NCBI GenBank assembly: GCA_964016885.1
Contig: OZ024758.1
Coordinates: 17,980,001-18,044,000, forward strand
Direction of reading: 5' to 3'
DNA length: 64,000 nucleotides
DNA from: Eledone cirrhosa
Taxonomy: Eukaryota
Both the position numbers and the translations under genes were made by a program. Numbering within the stretch: the first letter of the stretch is position 1; each line of letters opens with the position of its first letter. The notes under the pieces were generated by a model. It did not search any database and had not been told where the DNA came from. It saw nothing but the letters and a program-made list of their open reading frames with translations. This document shows, one piece after another, positions 55,026 to 64,000 of this stretch.

Positions 55026-55498
55026 GAGTCTTATTCATGGAGTAATTTAACTGGAAAGTTTGTTCAAATGAACATTATATCACTACCTGATGCCTTAGAT
55101 ATTCAGGACGTTTCGGAAGGTTCTTGCTGTTCCCAGTAAGCATGCATTTTGAATTATTAATATTATTATTCTTTGAGTTTCATTCGTTGATGTTATTTAA
55201 CTTGACTGTTTGTTTAAATGAACATCAAGCCGTTATCTGCAGCGTCAGATATTCAGGTCGTATCGGAGGGTTCTTGCTGTTCACAGCAAGCATGAATTTT
55301 GAATAATAATAATAATAATAATAATAATACATTATTATTACTATTATTATTATTTTTATTATTATTAGAGTCTCAGTCATAGATGTTATTTAACAGTCTT
55401 ATGAACATCAAATGAACATCAAGCCGCTACCTGCAGCCTCAGATATTCCGGGCGTATCGGAGAGTTCTTGCTGTTCCCAGCAAGCATGTATTTTGAAT
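55026..55498 (-). mobile_element. Three tandem R4/Dong-like 3' ends in (TAA)n
   Basis: Minus strand IQNACLLGTARTFRNVLNI* / IQNTCLLGTARTLRYARNI* plus ~70-bp UTR; copies 55026-55154, 55174-55304, 55367-55498. Confidence 0.7.
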
Positions 55499-55542
55499 TA
55501 TTATTATTAATATTATTATTGTTATTATTATTATTATCATTA

Positions 55543-55573
<31 letters not shown>

Positions 55574-55587
55574 CAGTAATAGTGGTC

Positions 55588-55632
<45 letters not shown>

Positions 55633-56083
55633 ATAGTAGTAGTCATATAATTATTCGTGTTCTTGTTACATATATTAATAGATTTATCAATACTAATATT
55701 ATTTTATTAAGTATCAGGATTATTATATTTATAATCATTATTATATTTATATTTATATATCATTGCTTATCATTATTATTACAATCTTTTATATTATTAT
55801 TCCTGTAAAAATAATTTAACAATATACACCGGAATGTCAGCATTTATTTTATCTAGGAGAGGAAATAAATTCATAATTAGCTTTTCAGTTTGTCAATCAA
55901 TAAAAGCGAGAACGAACATCAATCTTTTGTTAGTTGTTCATGTAGAACAATTGACAAAACCTATCATACAATGATTTACTTACGGTGTGCTACAGGGCAA
56001 TAATATTTACAATTGATATATCTTACAATATAACATATATATATATACATATATATATATATGTATGTGTGTATGGGTATGTG

Positions 56084-56154
<71 letters not shown>

Positions 56155-56267
56155 GTATATAAATGTATATATATATATATATATGTGTCTATACACGTAT
56201 ATATAAATATATATATGTTTATATCTATTTCTAAATGTATATATATATATGTGTTTATAAATGTAAA

Positions 56268-56298
<31 letters not shown>

Positions 56299-56347
56299 GT
56301 TTATAAATGTATATATAGGTATATATATGTTTATCAATGTATATATA

Positions 56348-56429
<82 letters not shown>

Positions 56430-56589
56430 TATAATTGTATACATATATGTGTGTATGTCTATTTTACGAGCACTGCCCTTCAAGCGCCTTTTAATATTAT
56501 AGTGGTTATTCTATTGAACATTGCCTTATCGAACCAATACTCCACATGATATAAACCCAGAGAGACATAAATTTAAACATACAGACACA

Positions 56590-56644
<55 letters not shown>

Positions 56645-56667
56645 TACAGGTATATACGATCAAAATG

Positions 56668-56741
<74 letters not shown>

Positions 56742-56762
56742 CTTTGATCACATATACCTGTA

Positions 56763-56801
<39 letters not shown>

Positions 56802-58140
56802 TAATGTGAGTGTGTGTAACTATGTGATTGTGGTAACAGGTCTGCTAATGTGTGGTTTTGTGTTTGAATGCCTGTGTAAATAATTAATTCTATGACCCAT
56901 ATTATACGTTTTCATATGTTTGTAAAATTACTGGAAGCAGTGTTTTGACTTTCTAAATATATTGAATTCTATGTAGTATGTTGAAATACCAATGATGAGA
57001 AAATCAATAATATGTTTTTTTCTTTATCTTTGTGTATGGAATTAAATGTTATATTTTTTAATACGTATTTATATTTGCTTACATTTATTTTAAAGTATTT
57101 CTAATAAATGTTTTTTGCCTAAAACTAGTACCATAGTTTTAATGATTTAGATATGGCTGATTACCACAATGGCTATTGTATTTTATTTGATATCATAATG
57201 GAACGGGTGCACTATTGTGCGATGATAATAAACACATATTATTTGTGACAAATATATACCTATGTATATATTTATTCTCCTCTCACATCAAAATGCATTT
57301 CTGTATTTATAGAACTTTTCAAATGACGAGCTCTGTCTCTTTTATTTTACGCCTACTCCATAGCACAGGTTATTTATATGTCTAGATATCATGTAGTAGA
57401 GCAGAATTGAATTTCCTACCAGTCAAACAACTTTAAGAGAAATCCTGTTAAGAATTAGACTTCATATTCGCTTTTCTCTATTAAAATATAATATGAGTTT
57501 ATGAATTAAACATTTGAAACTCTAAGACCTTGGCATTCTTGGAGAAAACATTTTTCCGCCGTTAAAGAATGTTGCGTTAAATAAAGTTACAGCAATTTTT
57601 GTCGTCTCTTTAATAATCAATTTCTCTAAGAATTCTATAATTCTTTTACTGTTAGTATCTTATACAATTCTACCTTTGGATTGCAAGCATTCTAGTTCAC
57701 AAATTTAAAGACATTTGAGCTATCATACTGTCCTGAATATATACATATTTTTGGAAACTCAGCTTCGAAGAGTCGAGACGTATCTGGGGTTCTTGCGATT
57801 TCAGAGACAGGTTCGATCATTGCATCGATCGTGTCTGGAGCTGGTCAACAGAGAAACGATTCTAATATGTCTAAAAGAATTTTAATTCATCGTACCACTG
57901 ATTCTCCGTTTCTTTTATATATATATATATACACATTATATATATATATACACATTATTATATATATATACATATACACACACACACGTTTCATTGATCT
58001 TTTTACTTTCAAAAGATGCCGTTAAAGGTGAAAGCAGCGATTCTTTGCTTAAACTTTAATCTGTTATTTTAATAAATATTTATATATAATAAATATTTAT
58101 ATATATTATTTATATATATTTTATTTTTTATTATTAATAC

Positions 58141-58234
<94 letters not shown>

Positions 58235-58461
58235 TTTAGAAGCAAACAATGCATTAGAAATAACATTAAGTCGCTATATATATTTATATATAATTGATAA
58301 AATGACAGGAGGTCGGGCAGGTGAAACATTTCAAAAATTTATTTCAGCACACCCTATGTACATTTCAGTGGGCAGGTTAAGTAAGATCCTGCTGTTTATT
58401 GCATAACAGTTGTATAATAAAAGAATAATGGTAAACACAATCCAAGAGGATATACTGCTAA

Positions 58462-58573
<112 letters not shown>

Positions 58574-59210
58574 GCGTGTCTGAGTGTATATATATATATC
58601 AGTCTATTTATGTTTTTTCCGAGCCCTACCCTTTCTACAGGCAATCTCTGGTGGCTATCCACACAATTGCTACACACTCACATTTTCATGTTCCTGCCAC
58701 AGCCATTTCTTACGTTTCTCCACTCTGAAGTCCTTAGATTCCAACATTATCGCACCTTATTGACTACTCTCCTAATTTCTGTGCCTCTATACTCCGACCA
58801 TGATTCCTCAAATACCACAATTTAACTCACACTAATTGGAACACTGTGGCTGAACTTTCTGCCATATTCTTAACACGATTTCCATCAAAATATTATGCAT
58901 GACAAAATAGATAATTTTAGTATATTTAATAGATTTTTTTCGAAAGTGAACCAATAATGTGTGGAATTGTTTTAAGTTTTATTAAACTTATACATTTAAT
59001 AAAAGCTGAATGCCTGATACGTATTTTCGGCAATAAACCAACAGGCAGTTATAGTGGGTATGTACGGAGCTGGAAGGCTGATCTAGAGAGGGGGTGAGTT
59101 GAAAGAGTTCGACAGGAAAAACAATACCACTTCTAATGACGAATGAAGCCCATTATCTGCGTGCAGACATTTACCGTCTACACTTAAAGAGAACAAATAG
59201 AGGAAATGAA

Positions 59211-59527
59211 CTGTCCGCCGAGGCTGTGGGGAGGCCAGCACGTGGGACTCCATTTGCTCACCATACGGAGAGATGGAGTGGGCGAGAGAGATGGAGGCGA
59301 TGAGAGTGGCAGTTCGGCCCTTCCACGTTCGGACCATATCCTTGTCGTTGTGTTCATTAAGCAGTGTCTATTTATGTATAGACTCAATACTGTACATTAG
59401 AGTTGTTATAGTTGGTTCGCTAAATAACCCTAACCAACGTGGGACCCCATTTGCTTACCCTACGGAGAGATGGGGAGTGTGAGAGAGATGGAGGCAATGG
59501 CAGTGGGAGTTCGGCTGTTCTTTCATG
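59211..59527 (+). mobile_element. Two further 3' fragments of the CRE-like family
   Basis: 59211-59331 and 59437-59527 align with 44293-44413. Confidence 0.7.
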
Positions 59528-59880
59528 TTTACTTAGGTTACTATTTTCTATTTTACACTAACAACTCGTTTTACTCCTTGAGAGTCATTTTCACTTAATC
59601 GTGTTTTTACGGTCTGACAGCCATGGCTTTTCCTATATATACGATACACTACATTCATTACATGAGAGTAATGCTCGTACCGACATAACAAGAAAGAACG
59701 GCGTACATATCGAACAAGACAGCTTGCTAATGTGCCAGTCGTTTTGTTTCATCTTGTAAGGTTTTTAAATTTAATCTCTATAATTATTTAGAACTTAATC
59801 TCAATTTGTCGTCCATTCTTTCTTTTTACTTTACTTATCAATCCTACGTGCCAAAACAATCTTTTTTCAATCATCTATAC

Positions 59881-60412
59881 CAGATGTTCTCAAAGTCGGT
59901 GCTACCGTTCCCCGTGGGTGGGTGGGAGTCATTGAGAAGGTCCATGGGGAACTGGGGTCTAAGGAGGTGGTAGAGATAATATAATTGTTTCTACTTTTGG
60001 CACAATACCAGCAATTATTCCAGTGTATTACTGGTTCTTTATTTTATCCACCCCGAAAGGATGAAAGGCAAAGTTAAACTCGGCGGGATTTGAATTCAGA
60101 CCATAAAGAGCCGTAACTGTATATTGCTAAGCATCGCGTCCGACCCTCTACCGATACTGCCAACTCAATGAGAAAATATAATGGTATATTAAATATCAAA
60201 TGATACATATCATATATAAATATAGTAAAATAAAAAAAATATATAATATTTCTTTATACATAGAATTTATCTTATTATTTACTATATATAAATTAACGAT
60301 TTAATTTATATATTATTCACAGGTCTCTCTGGAAATAGGGGTGGAGTTGGCATACTGAGGGTTTTACCAGGCCATGAGGGAGGATGGTGCCGCCTAATTT
60401 TGGGAACCTCTG
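59881..60412. mobile_element. hAT (Charlie-like) MITE containing a nested SINE-A (59981-60163, minus)
   Basis: TIRs CAGATGTTCTCAAA / TTTGGGAACCTCTG; perfect 8-bp TSD ATCTATAC (59873-59880, 60413-60420). Confidence 0.85.
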
Positions 60413-60739
60413 ATCTATACTTTTCATTTTCCATTCACCCATCTCACAACATTCTGTTTCTCCTTATCGATCACTGGGTGCAGGTATGGTTGCCCAACTG
60501 AAATATTGTTGCCATTTAAGGCATTCAGCTTTCAAGAGCTATTTGTTTTCGAGTTTTCAAATTGTTTCTAGGAATTTCAAATCCACTCACGTTTTGTCTG
60601 TATGTTTTTCGTGGCAACCAATGTTTATATATACATATATATACACTTACACCCACCCACCCACACTCATACACATACAGTCACACGCACACACACATAT
60701 ATATATATAATTACAAACTTATTCGAACATGTTTTATTC

Positions 60740-60833
<94 letters not shown>

Positions 60834-61025
60834 AACAAATAGTAGAAAAGAAAAAGATTCTTTCAATAGAAAAGGTTGAAGAGATTCTGTTCAGTGAGAT
60901 ATCAAAACAAATAGTAATAATCATAATAATAATGAAGAAAATAAAAAGGTGAAGAAAAATTAATTTTCACATACACGTTCATTCAGAGAATAGAGGTCAT
61001 TTCTCTGTCCAACCTACCTCTGAAA

Positions 61026-61427
61026 GAGTCAGGACCCCGACGGCTGAGCTCCGGCCGTTTCGACAGCTAGATCCGAACTAAACCACAAGTGTTAGGACGT
61101 TAAGGACCTAGCTGAGCTTATCAAGGGGTACAGTCCATATATCCTATCATAGCTGTAGTATCAAATCAAGTAATCCTAAAATGTGTTGGGATTGTTTGAT
61201 ATGATACTACTGCTGTGTTTGATTGTATATATGGACTGTAAGCCTTGGTAAACTCAGCTAAGTCCCTACCGTTCTAACACTACTGGTTTAGTTCGGATCT
61301 AGTGTCGAAACGGCCGGAGCTCAGCCGTTGGAGTCCTCACTCTTTTCCTATTACCCACTCTACTACCCTAAGTATTGAGTACTCTGATGATTTCTGGTCC
61401 ACCCGGTTCCTTTCCACACTTTCTTCG

Positions 61428-61430
<3 letters not shown>
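61026..61430 (+). mobile_element. Family E fold-back element, longest copy
   Basis: Diverged arms 61026-61176 / 61185-61343 plus tail 61344-61430 ending in (TA)n. Confidence 0.8.
61034..61129 (-). ncRNA. Type I hammerhead ribozyme, U3-A8 core variant, long stem II
   Basis: Minus strand ACCCC-TTGATAA-GCTCAGCTAGGTCC...GGATCTAGCTGTC-GAAA-CGGC/loop/GCCG-TC-GGGGT. Confidence 0.7.
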
Positions 61431-61461
<31 letters not shown>

Positions 61462-61464
<3 letters not shown>

Positions 61465-61652
61465 AAAATGTATGACCCCGACGGCAGAGCTCAAGCCATT
61501 TCGACGGCTATTTATGCCCAGAAATAGCCATGGAAACGGCTTGAGCTCTGCCGTCGGGGTCATACATTTTTCTATTACCAACTCTACTACTCTAAGTATT
61601 GAGTACTCTGGTGCGTTATGGTCCATCTGGTTCCTTCCACAACTCCTTCGTT
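61462..61652 (+). mobile_element. Family E fold-back element with tail
   Basis: Arms 61462-61511 / 61521-61572, tail to (TA)n; only the GAAA/stem III/GUC half of the ribozyme retained. Confidence 0.8.
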
Positions 61653-62484
61653 ATATATATATATATATGATATGTGTCTGAATGAATACGCAGATATGTG
61701 CCTATGTATGTATGAGTACACAGGAAGATATGTGAACATATAATACACATATCATATATTTTTATATGGACATAGCAACATTCTATGTACAATAATTTTT
61801 ATCTACATATATTCATCTATTTCACTAGTATCGTTACAATCACTGCATATAATGCAATTGAGCAATATAAGTATAGTTTTATGATGTTGTTACATTTTAC
61901 GTGTATTTTAAATTTTTTTGAGAATTATGGAGTATTTAATATGATCAAAATTGTTCATCTGCCAAACATTATCAAAAGCAAATAAATTGAACTTGATTGC
62001 TTCGCCTACAAATATTCGAGGTGGTAACACCAATTTCCTATCGATCAATCACCACGTAATTTTAAAAAATATTCATTGTCTTCTTTGCAGCTTTATTTCT
62101 ATGTATTTCTTGTTTACCAACCATTTTCTGTTTGGCTTTGTTTTTTTTTTCTATAGAGGCATTATACTTCATAATGTTTTATTTCAATGTGTTCTGAATT
62201 TGAATTTCTTTTCTTTTCCTTTGATAATTATTTATGTCTTTCCATTTTTGCCATGTTTCTTTGATTGTGCTTGTATTTATTATGTTACAACTTCAACAAC
62301 ACGTGATGTATTTTTATTCTCTCTTTAACTCTTGCCATTACCTCACATTAATTACTCTATACGTATGTCTCAATGTATCTATATCTATATATAAAAAAAA
62401 AATATATATGTTTGTGTCTATTATATATATATATATATATATGCACGTGTGTGTTTGTGTATATATATATATTTTGGGTTGTGA

Positions 62485-62579
<95 letters not shown>

Positions 62580-62582
<3 letters not shown>

Positions 62583-62673
62583 CTTAGTGGGTAGAGCGTT
62601 GAGCTTAGAATCCTGAGGTTGTGAGTTCGATCCTCGGACCAGGGTATGTTTTGTGTTCTTGAGTAAAACACTT
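62580..62673 (+). mobile_element. SINE-B-like tRNA head fragment
   Basis: A box TAGCTTAGTGGGTAGAGC, B box GAGTTCGATCC, body start GTGTTCTTGAGTAAAACACTT. Confidence 0.75.
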
Positions 62674-62732
62674 ACATATATATATATGTAATCCTTATCG
62701 AGCCCTCTTCGGGTTGATAGTCTTTACACTTT

Positions 62733-62943
62733 TGCAGTATCGTTAGAGAGTCGGACACCATGCTTTGCAGCATATAGTTACGGCCCTTTATGATCTGAGT
62801 TCAAATCCCGCCGAAGTTAACTTTGCCTTTTATCCTTACGGGGATCGAGAAAAATAAAGTAAGCCACGCACTGGGGTCGATTTAATTGACTTTACCCCCC
62901 GCCCCCCAATTGATGGCCTTGTGCCTAATATAAATAAGAAACC

Positions 62944-62945
<2 letters not shown>
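62733..62945 (+). mobile_element. SINE-A (long variant)
   Basis: Consensus plus GGGGTCGATTTAATTGACT segment. Confidence 0.8.
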
Positions 62946-62988
<43 letters not shown>

Positions 62989-63627
62989 TGATGTTTTCGT
63001 CAATCATCATTAACTTCATATGTCTCGTTCTCTCGAAAGAGAAATCATCGAATATAGTAAACCATTTCTATCTTGGAAAACATCCCACAAATAATTCATT
63101 CATAATAAATCGGTCGTTTATAATTCAGATGTGTTCTACGCCGTTGATGTCTTTTAAGAGTGAGTTAATATACTTTCAAATATAAGTATATTTCTCTTGT
63201 TGAAGACAAGAATCATATTAGTATTTCTAAGTTTGAATACATTATTTCCTATAATATTATATATTTCAATCATCGCCATACGTTATTTACTATAAATACA
63301 GGAATTACATGAGATTAACATGTCATAATAAAAACTAAAATACAATTATATAACGCAATACTTATTATGTAGCTCTTATAAATCTTATTAGTATAGCGTA
63401 TATATTCGTTCTTTAGAAATTATCTGACTGTAATTATCTTACTACAACATTTTTATAAAGACTATGATATTACATATGAAATATGGACTACATTAAATCT
63501 ACTTCAGAAATCCAATATAATGCTGATAATATCAATCATATCCATATTTAATAATATTTCATGATAGGTTATGTTTATATATCACTTTGTAAAATTGTAA
63601 AATTCCAACTGAATATAGGATGGAATT

Positions 63628-63663
<36 letters not shown>

Positions 63664-63742
63664 GAGAGAGAAATATATAAATATATATATATATATGTAT
63701 ATATCGAGAGAGAGAGAAATATATCTATATATCGAGATAGAG

Positions 63743-63837
<95 letters not shown>

Positions 63838-63870
63838 GTGACAAATATATATATATACATATATATATAT

Positions 63871-63962
63871 AAGTGTTTTACTCAAGAACACAACACAAAC
63901 CCTGGTCCAAGAATCGAACTCACAACCTCAGGATTCTAAGCTCAACCCTCTACCCACTAAGC

Positions 63963-63964
<2 letters not shown>
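63871..63964 (-). mobile_element. SINE-B-like tRNA head fragment, inverted partner of 62580-62673
   Basis: Reverse complement with the same 5' and 3' breakpoints. Confidence 0.8.

Positions 63965-64000
<36 letters not shown>

Noticed and set aside
55080-55145. CGAAACGTC motif (minus) suggesting a hammerhead
   Set aside because: No core or stem II; better explained as R4/Dong coding sequence
62580-62645. Functional tRNA gene
   Set aside because: No acceptor stem; runs into SINE body sequence

Overview
Very AT-rich eukaryotic non-coding DNA (intron or intergenic), saturated with (TA)n, (CA)n, (GA)n and (ACT)n microsatellites. The SINE repertoire looks octopod/coleoid; this is inferred from recalled family motifs, not from a search. 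No host exon or intact protein-coding gene could be supported, and almost all ORF-track entries are translated microsatellite. Contents: about 25 copies of one tRNA-derived SINE, a second SINE, three hAT-type MITEs with 8-bp TSDs plus one whose terminus is tandemly amplified, a complete non-autonomous Helitron, 3' ends of RTE, R4/Dong-like and CRE-like non-LTR elements, and decayed Penelope-like (PLE) coding fragments. The strongest signal is at least five sequence-distinct families of 150-450-bp fold-back elements embedded in (TA)n whose arms fold by eye into type I hammerhead ribozymes. Several look intact, and one has a compensatory U3-A8 core with a long stem II. Most end in a tail carrying a shared GAGTRC motif. 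The second highlight is a 9-copy 123-bp minisatellite that is an amplification of 41 codons of an RTE ORF2. All folds, translations and coordinates were done manually, so ends are approximate.
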